From contig CAVSGG010000004.1 in the NCBI GenBank assembly GCA_963727455.1, positions 1 to 64,000 of the forward strand: 64,000 nucleotides of DNA, written 5' to 3'. The stretch comes from Candidatus Krumholzibacteriota bacterium (GTDB lineage Bacteria; Krumholzibacteriota; Krumholzibacteriia; JAJRXK01). Each line of letters starts with the position of its first letter. The first letter of the stretch is position 1. Below, piece after piece: positions 31,364 through 40,874 of the stretch. The position numbers and the translations under genes were made by a program. The notes beneath the pieces are model-generated. The model saw nothing but the letters and a program-made list of their open reading frames with translations, was not told the origin of the DNA and did not search any database.

Positions 31364-33322
31364 ATGAAGAATTTCACGCTGCGTCGCGCTTTGCGGCCAG
31401 GTGGTCCCGGCTTGGCCTTGATTCTCTGCGCCGTCATCGCGGGCCTGCTCAGCGCACAGAAGCCTGCGCGAGCCGAGGATGCCGACTACGTTCCCGACCC
31501 CAATGCGACGCGCGAGGAGGTGCCGGTGCAGTACCGATGGGATCTCACCCCGCTCTTTCCGGATGAGGCGGCCTGGCAGAAGGCGATGGACAGCTTGGAG
31601 AAGCAGATCCCCAATCTCGTGGCGTTCAAGGGAACTCTCGGCAATCCCGAGCAGTTGGAGCCCTGCCTCGTCCTCTATTTCGATCTGCACAATCGCATCA
31701 ATCACTGCACGCTCTACGCGAACCTACTCTCGAGCGTCGCCCAGAACGACGACCATGCTCAGTCCATGGAAACGCGGGCATTGGCGCTGATGGATGAACT
31801 CATGCGCAAGGCATCCTTCATCCGCAGCGAGCTGTTGGCGATCGACGACGAGACCATGCAGAAGGCCTACGCCGAAGAACCCGGCATGGAAGATTTTCGT
31901 GCCTACATCGAGAACTTGCGTCGCCGCCGTTCTCGGGTCCTGAGCCCCGAGTCCGAACGTATTTTGGGTCTCATGGGTGACAACTTGTGGGCGGAGATCG
32001 ACCTCAACGAGATTCCGTCTCCGCTGGAGACAGCGTTCACCGCGCTCCTCACCGACATCCCCTGGCCCATGATCCACGACGAAGAGGGCAAGGAAGTTCA
32101 GATGACTCTGGCAAGCTATGAGCGCTTCCGCAGTTCTCCCAATCGTGAAGTGCGCAAGGAGGCGGTCACCGCGTTTTTCGCCACTCTGCGTCAGTACCAG
32201 CATACATTTGCGGCCACCCTGGCTGGACAGGATGAGCTCGACGTATCGCTGGCGCGCGCACGCGGCTATGACACTGCACTGCAGGCGTACATGGACAAGG
32301 ACGGCCTTCCCACTTCGGTATACGACAATCTCATCGAGACGGTAAACTCGCGCCTTGACCTTCTCCATCGCTACATGGCTCTCCGAAAGAAGGCGATGGG
32401 TCTGAGCGATTTACATCTCTATGACCTGTATCGTCCCATGACCAAGGGAGTCGAGAAAGAGGTCACCTTTGATCAGGCGCGGTCGGTGATTCTGAAAGCC
32501 CTTGCGCCGCTCGGTTCCGACTACCACAAGATTCTGGAAGAGGGGACCGACCCCAGCAACGGCTGGATGGACATCTATCCCCAGCGCTACAAGCAGAGCG
32601 GGGCGTTCTCCTCGAGCGTTTATGGGAATCACCCCTACGTCCTCCTGAATTTCCAGAACAGTCAGGACGACGAATCCACTCTGGCGCATGAATTCGGGCA
32701 TGCCATACATAGCCACTTGGCGATGACGCATCAGCCCTATCCTAACTTCCGCTACGTCCCCTTCCTGGCCGAGATTGCGAGCACCTGCAACGAGGCGCTG
32801 CTCGGAGACTATCTGCTCTCGCAGGCAAAGGACGACGCAGAGCGCGCGTATCTATTGAGCAACCGGCTCGAAAAAATTCGCACTACGATCTACCGGCAGA
32901 CTCTTTTCGCGGAATTCGAGCGCAGCGTTCACGGCTTTCTGGAGGCGGGAACGCCGGTCACCGCCAGCTTACTGGACAAGACCTACAGAGACTTGATCGA
33001 GCGGTACTACGGACCGGCCTACACCGTGGACGAAAACGACGGTATGGAGTGGGCTTACATCCCGCATTTTTATTACAAGTACTACGTGTACACCTATGCC
33101 ACCGGCCTCTCGAGCGGAATCGCGATTGCCGAGGGCTTGCGCGGCGATCATCCGAAGAAGGCGCAAGAGGGTTTCTTGGCCATGCTGAGCGGCGGTTGCA
33201 GCGAGCCCCCGTTGGCTCTGCTCCGGAAGGCGGGGGTCGATCTGACGAAACCTGACGCCATAGAGTCGGCCCTGGACAGCTTCGACAAGACCCTGACGGA
33301 GATGGAGAAGCTCATCAAGTGA
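31364..33322 (+). CDS. pepF: Oligoendopeptidase F (M3B) with signal peptide
   Basis: RWDLTPLF, GAFSS, TLAHEFGHAIH, AEIASTCNE, WAYIPHFY, YVYTYATG. Confidence 0.93.
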   Translation: MKNFTLRRALRPGGPGLALILCAVIAGLLSAQKPARAEDADYVPDPNATREEVPVQYRWDLTPLFPDEAAWQKAMDSLEKQIPNLVAFKGTLGNPEQLEPCLVLYFDLHNRINHCTLYANLLSSVAQNDDHAQSMETRALALMDELMRKASFIRSELLAIDDETMQKAYAEEPGMEDFRAYIENLRRRRSRVLSPESERILGLMGDNLWAEIDLNEIPSPLETAFTALLTDIPWPMIHDEEGKEVQMTLASYERFRSSPNREVRKEAVTAFFATLRQYQHTFAATLAGQDELDVSLARARGYDTALQAYMDKDGLPTSVYDNLIETVNSRLDLLHRYMALRKKAMGLSDLHLYDLYRPMTKGVEKEVTFDQARSVILKALAPLGSDYHKILEEGTDPSNGWMDIYPQRYKQSGAFSSSVYGNHPYVLLNFQNSQDDESTLAHEFGHAIHSHLAMTHQPYPNFRYVPFLAEIASTCNEALLGDYLLSQAKDDAERAYLLSNRLEKIRTTIYRQTLFAEFERSVHGFLEAGTPVTASLLDKTYRDLIERYYGPAYTVDENDGMEWAYIPHFYYKYYVYTYATGLSSGIAIAEGLRGDHPKKAQEGFLAMLSGGCSEPPLALLRKAGVDLTKPDAIESALDSFDKTLTEMEKLIK

Positions 33323-35223
33323 GCACGCATCCGTTCTTGGAGATTTTGAAGAAACGCCCGTTGCTCTTCGACGGCGCGATCGGCACCGAGCTGTACCGTC
33401 GTGGTGTTTACCTGACGAACTCCTTCGAGGAATTGAACCTGACCCGCGCCGGCCTGGTTCTCAAGGTCCACCGCGACTATCTGGAGGCCGGGGCGGAGGT
33501 TCTGACCACCAACAGTTACGGAGCGAATCGCATCCGGCTGTCCCACTTCGACCTGCAGGACGAGGTGGCGGCCATCAACCGGGCCGCCGGCGAGCTGGCG
33601 CAGGAAGCAGCCGGCCGCCGCGCGTGGGTGGCGGGAGCCATCGGCCCCACCGGCTTGGGTACGGCACACTTCCTCGGACCGGCAGCTGAAGAATGCCGTG
33701 AGGTCTTTCACGAACAGATGCGAGCCCTGCTCGACGGGGGAGTGGACTTTCTTCTTCTGGAGACTTTCTCCCAGCTGGCGGAAGCTCACCTCGTAATTCG
33801 CCTGGCCAAGGAGAAGTTCCCCGACACACCGGTGGTTGCGACCTTTCGTTTCGAAACCGACGAGAAATTGGGCGACGGGAGCACTCCCGAAGCGGTGGCG
33901 GAGGCGCTTGTCGAATGGGGAGCGGACGTCATCGGCGCCAACTGTGGCGAAGGACCGCAGCTCGTCTTCGAGATGAGCCGCCGCATGCTCGGACATGGCG
34001 TGCCGGTGATCTGCCAACCCAACGCGGGTTCGCCCAAGAGTCTGGAAGGTCGCACGATCTACGTGGCCAATCCGGAGTTCTTCGGCGTGATGGGCCGCCG
34101 CATGTTGAAGGCGGGGATTTCCGCGGTGGGCGGCTGCTGCGGGACCACTCCCGAACACATAAGGCGGCTGCGCAGCGCCGTGCGCATGATGGGCGGCGCG
34201 ATCGCGGTACCTCGCGAGCAAGGGGTTCGCGCGACTACGGTCGAATTTCGTCAGGACAATCCGGTTGGAGTCGAACGGGTTCCAGTGGAGGAGAGGAGCG
34301 TCTTTGCGCGCAAGGTGAGTTCGGGCAAATTCGTGGTCTCGGTCGAGGTCAATCCTCCGAGCGGCCTGGACCCCAGCGAAAGTCTCGAGGCCGCACAAAT
34401 GCTAGCCGAGGCCGGAGTGGACGTCGTCAACATCGCGGACGGTCCGCGGGCCAGCGTGCGCATGAGCAATTTGGCGATGGCATTACTCATGCGAGAAAAG
34501 ACCGATGCCGAAGTATTGCTCCACGTTTGTTGCCGTGATCGCAATCTGTTGGGCCTGCAGAGCGATCTTCTAGGAGCGCATGCCCTGGGAATCCGGAATA
34601 TTCTCGTCATCACCGGCGATCCTCCCAAGGTGGGGGACTATCCCGACGCCACCGCAGTGTATGATCTCGACAGCATCGGGTTGTTGCACTGGGTGCGCTC
34701 GTACAACCATGGACTCGATCCCACCGGCAAGGCGCTGGATGCCCCCACACAGTTCTGGGTGGGAACCGGCGCCGAGCCCGCGGCCATGGATTACGAACGG
34801 GAACTCCGCCGTCTGGAGAAAAAGGTGCAGGCGGGGGCCGACTTCGTCATGACTCAGCCGGTCTACGATCCGCGCCGTGTAGAGCGTTTCCTCAAGGACG
34901 TCGAAGATCTCGGGATTCCCATTTTGCTCGGATTGCTTCCCCTGGCCAGTTACCGCAATGCGGAATTTCTGCACGCGAACGTGCCGGGCATGAGCATCCC
35001 CGAGGAGATTCGTCAGCGCATGAAGGCGGCCAAGCCGGGCAAGGCCGCGCGCGCCGAAGGGGTGAAGATTGCCCAGGAATCGCTTCTGAGTTTAAAAGAT
35101 CGTGTGCAGGGCGCCTATATCATGCCCCCCCTAGGCCACTACGAGATGGCGCCGGCAATTCTGGAAGTGCTGGGGGACGGGTGGAAGCAGTGGGACGACA
35201 CGGCGCGTGATTCGCGAAAATGA
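33319..35223 (+). CDS. yitJ: Bifunctional homocysteine S-methyltransferase / 5,10-methylenetetrahydrofolate reductase
   Basis: DGAIGTEL, GANC, GGCCGTTPEHI; MTHFR half with CRDRN, TGDPP, MTQPVY; GTGA overlap with pepF. Confidence 0.93.
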   Translation: MSTHPFLEILKKRPLLFDGAIGTELYRRGVYLTNSFEELNLTRAGLVLKVHRDYLEAGAEVLTTNSYGANRIRLSHFDLQDEVAAINRAAGELAQEAAGRRAWVAGAIGPTGLGTAHFLGPAAEECREVFHEQMRALLDGGVDFLLLETFSQLAEAHLVIRLAKEKFPDTPVVATFRFETDEKLGDGSTPEAVAEALVEWGADVIGANCGEGPQLVFEMSRRMLGHGVPVICQPNAGSPKSLEGRTIYVANPEFFGVMGRRMLKAGISAVGGCCGTTPEHIRRLRSAVRMMGGAIAVPREQGVRATTVEFRQDNPVGVERVPVEERSVFARKVSSGKFVVSVEVNPPSGLDPSESLEAAQMLAEAGVDVVNIADGPRASVRMSNLAMALLMREKTDAEVLLHVCCRDRNLLGLQSDLLGAHALGIRNILVITGDPPKVGDYPDATAVYDLDSIGLLHWVRSYNHGLDPTGKALDAPTQFWVGTGAEPAAMDYERELRRLEKKVQAGADFVMTQPVYDPRRVERFLKDVEDLGIPILLGLLPLASYRNAEFLHANVPGMSIPEEIRQRMKAAKPGKAARAEGVKIAQESLLSLKDRVQGAYIMPPLGHYEMAPAILEVLGDGWKQWDDTARDSRK

Positions 35224-36563
35224 ACGATACCTGGCAGTTCGAACCCGGTCACCAGCCCGTCGTCGCTATCGGGACCTCCGCGAGTGCGCGGTTCGAACTC
35301 GGCTCGAGGCCACAGCTTCTGCGGCTGGAGCTCCCAGGCGATCACGCCATTCACTTCGATGATGCCGGCCGCGTCCTCTCCGTACAGAAGGACGGCGTAA
35401 GTTACCGCCGTACTCTGGATAGCCGCCTCCTCGTTTCGAGAATCGCGAGACTTCCCCATCGCGCGCGTCAACATCTCGATCCTCCGACGGATCCCCTGGG
35501 GTTCTTGGCCGAACAACACGCACACGCAAGGGAGGCGCTGCAGCTTTTAGACAGCGAGGGCTCCCAGCGGAATTGCGAAGTTTTGCGGGGACGACTCGCG
35601 CATCCGGTGAAGTGGGCCAGGGAAGCTCTCGCGGCAGCATCCCGCTTCGACCGAAATGCGCTGAAGGAGGACCGCGAAGCAGTACGTCGGGTCTATCTGC
35701 CAATCCCCATCCTTCCTCCCGACCACTACTCTTCTCTCGTGTTGCAACTGACCGAGGGTTGCGCCTGGAACCGCTGCACCTTCTGCAATTTTTACAAGCA
35801 GATCCAGTATCGGGAACGGAGCTTCGAGGAGTTCGCCGCCCACTTCGACGAAGTGCTCGAGTATCTCGGCCCCTCCCTGAGTCGCTATCACCGAATCTTT
35901 CTCGGGCAAGCGAATGCGCTGATGGTGGACAATCGACGCCTGCTGCCAAAGCTTCAAGCGGTGACCGAGCGAATTCCGCTGCTGGATCCCTCGATGGGTG
36001 CGGCGACGCGCGCAGAATTCAGGGCCGGTCACCGAAATTGGTTCGAGGGCTTCTATTCCTTCATCGACGGATTTCATCCACGCAAGAGTGAGCGGGAGTT
36101 CGCTCAGCTCGCGGAGGCGGGAGTGCGGCGCGTGTATCTGGGCCTCGAATCCGGTGACGACGAGGTCTTGAGACTCTTGGGCAAACCGCCGACCTCCGAG
36201 GCGGCCATCGAGCTGGTGAGGGATTTGCATGGGGCGTCGATTCGCGTGGGGGTCATCGTGCTGGTCGGTGCTGGAGGAAGAACCCACTTCAAGCGGCACC
36301 TCGCCTCCACGCTCTCCACCCTGGAGCGAATGGAGTTGCGAGCGGGTGACCAGCTCTACCTCTCCAAACTCGTGCTGCACGAAGAGGAGCCATACGCGCT
36401 TCGCGCGGAGGCGGAGGGTTTGGGCGCGCTCAGTGAGGTCGAACAGGACCAACAACTCGCGGATTTTCGCCGAGGCATGCAATCCTGCTTGAGCGAGAAG
36501 ATCCCCATCGCTCCTTACGACATCCATCTTACGCGGACCCACCTTCCCTGGAGTCCCTCGTAG
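35220..36563 (+). CDS. Radical SAM protein of unknown function with N-terminal extension
   Basis: CAWNRCTFC (CX3CX2C core), RVYLGLESG; ATGA overlap with yitJ. Confidence 0.88.
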   Translation: MNDTWQFEPGHQPVVAIGTSASARFELGSRPQLLRLELPGDHAIHFDDAGRVLSVQKDGVSYRRTLDSRLLVSRIARLPHRARQHLDPPTDPLGFLAEQHAHAREALQLLDSEGSQRNCEVLRGRLAHPVKWAREALAAASRFDRNALKEDREAVRRVYLPIPILPPDHYSSLVLQLTEGCAWNRCTFCNFYKQIQYRERSFEEFAAHFDEVLEYLGPSLSRYHRIFLGQANALMVDNRRLLPKLQAVTERIPLLDPSMGAATRAEFRAGHRNWFEGFYSFIDGFHPRKSEREFAQLAEAGVRRVYLGLESGDDEVLRLLGKPPTSEAAIELVRDLHGASIRVGVIVLVGAGGRTHFKRHLASTLSTLERMELRAGDQLYLSKLVLHEEEPYALRAEAEGLGALSEVEQDQQLADFRRGMQSCLSEKIPIAPYDIHLTRTHLPWSPS

Positions 36564-36726
36564 TCTCGTTTCGCGCTCCTTTTCCCGTCCGGGAATCGGG
36601 ACACGGGACGCGCCCTTTGCTCCACCCCACCGCGAAGGCCTCTCTGTTTCCAAGTTTGGGCGAACCTGGATTGGTACGGCTCCTGCCAAAGTACCGAGTC
36701 ATGCCTCCCTCGAAGGGAGACGATTC

Positions 36727-37311
36727 ATGTCGCGAGCGTTTCGCCGCACGGTCCTTTGCTTTCTTTCATTCGCCATCGCCTCACAGCTTTTGTCGGGCTG
36801 TTCCGGACAAGCGGAAACCGCCCCGCAGTTCGTGAAGACCGGCAGCTTGCAGGACGAGCCCTGGTTCAGGAGCGCGCTTTCGGTTCTGGCCACGATTCAA
36901 GACAAGCTGGGCGACCCCGCCATACGCGCGGAAGTCAGGATACGCCTGTTGGCGCGGGACGATGCGGGAGCGTTTTCGCGGCTGGGATTTTCCCGCGAAG
37001 ATTTGGGAGCGTTTTTGGCGCGCCAGGAGATCTTGCGCGCCGGCCTGGAGCAACGCTGGCCCGGGCTGAACGCCCACAGTTTGATCGGCCCGGCCACGGA
37101 CCCGCGCGCGGAGTTTCTCGAGGGTCTCTCTGCGGATGAGTGGCCTGCGCCGGCGAGAAGCTCCAGCAAGGAGTTCTATACCTGTGCCGTCATTACCTTT
37201 TTCGAGGAGTTCCACCGCTGCACCCTCGCTGGTGGGGACATCTACTCCACCATGGGGTGTGTCATCACTGCTTACTGGAATTTTCTGGAAAACTTGGCGC
37301 GTGGATGCTGA
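36727..37311 (+). CDS. Hypothetical lipoprotein with Cys-rich helical C-terminus
   Basis: Lipobox LLSG-C; GGGAG SD; four Cys in the last ~42 aa. Confidence 0.65.
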   Translation: MSRAFRRTVLCFLSFAIASQLLSGCSGQAETAPQFVKTGSLQDEPWFRSALSVLATIQDKLGDPAIRAEVRIRLLARDDAGAFSRLGFSREDLGAFLARQEILRAGLEQRWPGLNAHSLIGPATDPRAEFLEGLSADEWPAPARSSSKEFYTCAVITFFEEFHRCTLAGGDIYSTMGCVITAYWNFLENLARGC

Positions 37312-37351
37312 GGAATGAGGAAAAACTCGGCGAATCGCGGGGTGACCCGGC

Positions 37352-37969
37352 TCACTTCCAATGGGCCTTGAGCGTTCCCCAGCTGGTAGAGGAAGTGGGG
37401 ACGACGAGGTCGAACGAGAGGTCGTCGAAGATCGCCGCGTCGCTGGAGCGATAAACTCCGAAGAGAACACTCGTGATCCGCTGCCGGTCCAAGGGCGGCT
37501 CCACCGTGAGGGTTTGCGGAACCCCGGTCATCGCCGCACCGGGAACACTCCAGGCGATCTCTAGGAAACCGTCGGCCCCGTAAGCCTTCAAATAGGCCGA
37601 TGCATCAGGGCCCTCGTGGACGGCCGTGATCGAAACCACATTTTGCGGGGTGTCGAAATCGACCACGAACCAACCCAGCTGATCGTGAACGTCAGGACAG
37701 CTGCCTTCGGCCTGGTAGGAAAGAACGTTGGGTGGAGAGGATGCCACGCCGGGGCAGGTATCCTCCAGCGCGGTAGCGATGACTTCTGAAAGCCCGGTGC
37801 CCACTGCATAGAGGTGAACTCCCATGAATGCGTAGTGTTCGTTGACTGGGGTGCCCGAGACGAGTTCGTCGAAATTCAATACCCGCGCCGGCGCGGTCAG
37901 CGGCCGGGCGACCACGATCATGATCGTGGCGAGAAGACATAAGAACGGAAGAAATGGAGATTTTCTCAT
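37352..37969 (-). CDS. Secreted beta-sandwich protein with C-terminal TSWGTLKAHWK tail
   Basis: Signal peptide; mature N-terminus LNFDEL; C-terminus IFDDLSFDLVVPTSSTSWGTLKAHWK. Confidence 0.8.
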   Translation of the reverse strand: MRKSPFLPFLCLLATIMIVVARPLTAPARVLNFDELVSGTPVNEHYAFMGVHLYAVGTGLSEVIATALEDTCPGVASSPPNVLSYQAEGSCPDVHDQLGWFVVDFDTPQNVVSITAVHEGPDASAYLKAYGADGFLEIAWSVPGAAMTGVPQTLTVEPPLDRQRITSVLFGVYRSSDAAIFDDLSFDLVVPTSSTSWGTLKAHWK

Positions 37970-38026
37970 ACGCGCACTTCAATCAGCGGACAAAACTTCA
38001 ATCGGCATGGTGCCACTGATTGTACT

Positions 38027-39085
38027 TCAATTGGCCCTGCGATGGAAGATGCTGCGAAGCAGGCTTTTCAGTACGGAGAGAAACACGTCCGGATTGTTTT
38101 CCAGGCGCCGCATGCTGTAAGCGTACCACTGCTGTCCGTAGGGAACGTAGAGCCGAACGCGGATGCCTTGCTCGATGAGCTCTTTCTGCAAGGGTAGGCT
38201 GGGTACTCCCAACAACATCTGGACTTCGATCTTGGGCTTGGGAATTTGCAGGCGCTCCGCGATCTTCAGGGCCTCTCGGATGCACCATTCCTCGTGAGTG
38301 GCCAGAGCTACGTGCTGGGAATTCATCCACATGCCTTCCAGTAGCTCGAGCATACGCCGTTTCATCTCGGGCTTATCTTGCAGCGCGATCTGTGGCGGCT
38401 CGCGGTAGATTCCGATACACAGGCGCACGTTGGGCTGGAGATCGGAGAGATTCTCGAGATCCTCGGTCGTGCGGAAAAGGCGCGACTGCAGGACTATGCC
38501 CAGATTGGTGTAGCCACGTTCGCGCAGCGTACGGTAGATCCGCAGGGTGCTATCGGTCGTGGTGTGGTCTTCCATGTCGAAGCGAACGAAGGTGTCGACT
38601 TGCGCGGCACGATTGAGAATGTCTTCGGTCCGTTGCATGCAGTCTTCTTCGTCGAGAAGTTGTCCGAGGGCGGACAGCTTGATGGAGACGTTGGCGAAGG
38701 GAAGTTCGGCGATGCTCGCGATCAGGTTTCGATACTCCCGGTGGTACTCCTCCACATGCGCGGGTGTGCGGACATCCTCTCCCAAGATGTCGAGCGTGGA
38801 GTGGATTCCGTGGGCCTCATAGAGCTCGCGCGCCTTGGCTACCCCATCCGCGACGGTCTCGCCGGCGATGTAGCGCGCAGCGAAAATCTTCACCACGACC
38901 TTGGGTAGGATGCGCAGGGAGCGGGCGAAAAGCCGCTGGAAGCGACGGGCGAGGCTGGGGCGCGAGAGTGGATGGGGAGGCGCCTTGCCCCACTGTCCCA
39001 AGGCCGTGCCTGCGGTGGCTGGGGCTTCGGCCCTGCTTCGCGGGGGCCGCTCCTTCAGCTCGGTCTCATTCCATTCTCTCGGCAC
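38027..39085 (-). CDS. Monofunctional proline dehydrogenase
   Basis: RYIAGE, LDILGE, SIKLSALG, FDMED, LATH, YVPYG, RRLENN; GTG 39085 with GGAGG SD. Confidence 0.9.
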   Translation of the reverse strand: MPREWNETELKERPPRSRAEAPATAGTALGQWGKAPPHPLSRPSLARRFQRLFARSLRILPKVVVKIFAARYIAGETVADGVAKARELYEAHGIHSTLDILGEDVRTPAHVEEYHREYRNLIASIAELPFANVSIKLSALGQLLDEEDCMQRTEDILNRAAQVDTFVRFDMEDHTTTDSTLRIYRTLRERGYTNLGIVLQSRLFRTTEDLENLSDLQPNVRLCIGIYREPPQIALQDKPEMKRRMLELLEGMWMNSQHVALATHEEWCIREALKIAERLQIPKPKIEVQMLLGVPSLPLQKELIEQGIRVRLYVPYGQQWYAYSMRRLENNPDVFLSVLKSLLRSIFHRRAN

Positions 39086-39442
39086 GGGAGCCTCCGCGAC
39101 TGGGAGTCGAAAGCGTGATCCAAGGGAAAACCAGCACCCATGATAGTCACTGGATCCTCTTCGCGATAAGAGAAGATACCCCCTCAAACCAAAGGACTTC
39201 CAGCTCTGGAACTGCGTACCAAGGAGCAGGAGGGTAGACGCCGCCCCCAAAAATCGGCTAAAATTATTGCACTCAGTGGAGCGTATGACGGTGGCTGCGC
39301 CCCCGCGCTGTTCCGCCGATGCCCTGCGTGGGTCGCCCCCCTGCCTCGTCTGCTGGGACCAGACAGCGGGCCAAGGGGGATTTCGCCTGACCCCGGGGAG
39401 AATCGCGGCGGGAAGAGACTCGGGTGTGAGCGCGCCCCGACT

Positions 39443-39473
39443 ACGAAGGCCCGCCTTGATGGCGGGCCTTCGT
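39443..39473. other. Perfect 13-bp hairpin without a U-tract
   Basis: ACGAAGGCCCGCC-TTGAT-GGCGGGCCTTCGT. Confidence 0.6.
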
Positions 39474-39564
39474 CCTGCCAATTCGCCGCGGGTGGAATGC
39501 CGCTGGCCTTCGTCCATTCCGCCCTCTACACTGCAAGCTGCCGCGCACAGTAGAGGTTTGCCAG

Positions 39565-40377
39565 GTGAATTCAGCCCGCAAGTCCAAAACCGTGAGTGGA
39601 ACCGACTCCCGGATTTCCGAGGGTCTGGTCAATCTCGGCCTCACCGATTACGAGGTTCGGGTCTATTTGGCAATACTTCGCCATCCCGGTTCCCGGGTAC
39701 CCGAGATCGCCGAACTCAGTCGTGTTCCCCAACCCAAGGTCTATTCCACTCTCAAGCGTCTCATCCAACGCGGCCTGTGCGAAAGCCAGCTGGGTCCGGT
39801 CAACTGCTATGCCGCCATCGCGCCCCAGGTGGCGTTTCGTCCGCTACTGGAGGACATGCGGGCGCGGGAATCGAGCACCAAGCACGCGCTGAAACGGCTC
39901 AGGGAGGAGTTCGTCAGTTCCGGGACTGCCCTCAATCGGCGCGAGGGGCGCGTGAAGCTCTTCCAGGGGCGTTATGCCGCAGCACGCAACTACAAGATTC
40001 TTTTGAACGCGGCTACCGAGCGGGTAGGCGTAATCGTGCGCTTGCCTCTGGTGGTGCGCGACGACGCGGAACTGGTGCGCGAGCGGGTCCAGGCGGGAGT
40101 GGAAGTACGGCAGATCTACGAACTGCCCGAGGGCCTCGGGGATCCCGAACGCGAAATCCTCGAGGACTACCAGCGCGGCGGTGCGAGCCTGCGCTGGCTG
40201 AAGGAAGTTCCCATGCGCATGGTGGTCTTCGACGACCGCATCACCGGCCTGCCCATGGTCGACCCGCGCCCGGCCGAGGGAGATGGCTTCATCATGATCG
40301 AGATTCGCAACGAGTTCCTGAGCCGCGGATTCTCTGCCATCTTCGACATGCTCTGGGAACAGGCCGCGGCGATTTAG
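39565..40377 (+). CDS. TrmB-family transcriptional regulator
   Basis: LGLTDYEVRVYLAIL, IAELSRVPQPKVYSTLKRL wHTH; PLD-like C-domain with RMVVFD. Confidence 0.88.
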   Translation: MNSARKSKTVSGTDSRISEGLVNLGLTDYEVRVYLAILRHPGSRVPEIAELSRVPQPKVYSTLKRLIQRGLCESQLGPVNCYAAIAPQVAFRPLLEDMRARESSTKHALKRLREEFVSSGTALNRREGRVKLFQGRYAAARNYKILLNAATERVGVIVRLPLVVRDDAELVRERVQAGVEVRQIYELPEGLGDPEREILEDYQRGGASLRWLKEVPMRMVVFDDRITGLPMVDPRPAEGDGFIMIEIRNEFLSRGFSAIFDMLWEQAAAI

Positions 40378-40405
40378 AGCCGATTCCCTTGCCCCGTTTC
40401 TCGTC

Positions 40406-40840
40406 ATGCCACAGGACAAAGTGAACATCCTCTTTCTTTGCTCCGGGAATTCCTGCCGCAGTCAGATGGCTGAGGGGTGGGCGCGCCAGCTTCGCGGCGG
40501 CGTGATCCGGGCGCACTCCGCCGGCCTCGAGCCGCGGGGGCTCGATCCCTATGCGGTACGGGTCATGCGGGAAGCGGGCGTGGACATCTCGGACCAGAAG
40601 AGCAAGCGCTTGAAAGAAGTGCTCGATCGGGACTTCGACGTGGTGATCACCGTTTGTGACAACGCCTACGAGAACTGCCCGGTGTTTCCCCGCCCGGTAC
40701 GAGTGGTGCACCGGAATTTCGACGATCCTCCCCGGCTCGCCGCGCAGCTCACGGACGAAGAGGAAATCCTGACCCACTACCGCCGGGTTCGAGACGAGCT
40801 GCGAAGGTTCGTTGAGACCCTTCCCGATGCAGTGAGATGA
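40406..40840 (+). CDS. arsC: Arsenate reductase, LMW-PTP family
   Basis: LCSGNSCRSQMAE, TVCD...CPVFP, FDDPP. Confidence 0.92.
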   Translation: MPQDKVNILFLCSGNSCRSQMAEGWARQLRGGVIRAHSAGLEPRGLDPYAVRVMREAGVDISDQKSKRLKEVLDRDFDVVITVCDNAYENCPVFPRPVRVVHRNFDDPPRLAAQLTDEEEILTHYRRVRDELRRFVETLPDAVR

Positions 40841-40874
40841 AGCGGGAGAGTGAGGGGGGGCCTCACGGACGGAG

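Noticed and set aside
39267-40424. 385-aa ORF spanning the structured leader and the TrmB gene
   Set aside because: Out-of-frame overlap with TrmB and an Arg/Pro/Gly-rich composition typical of spurious frames.
40406-40840. Arsenic-resistance island
   Set aside because: Lone arsC with no arsR, acr3/arsB or mobility genes.
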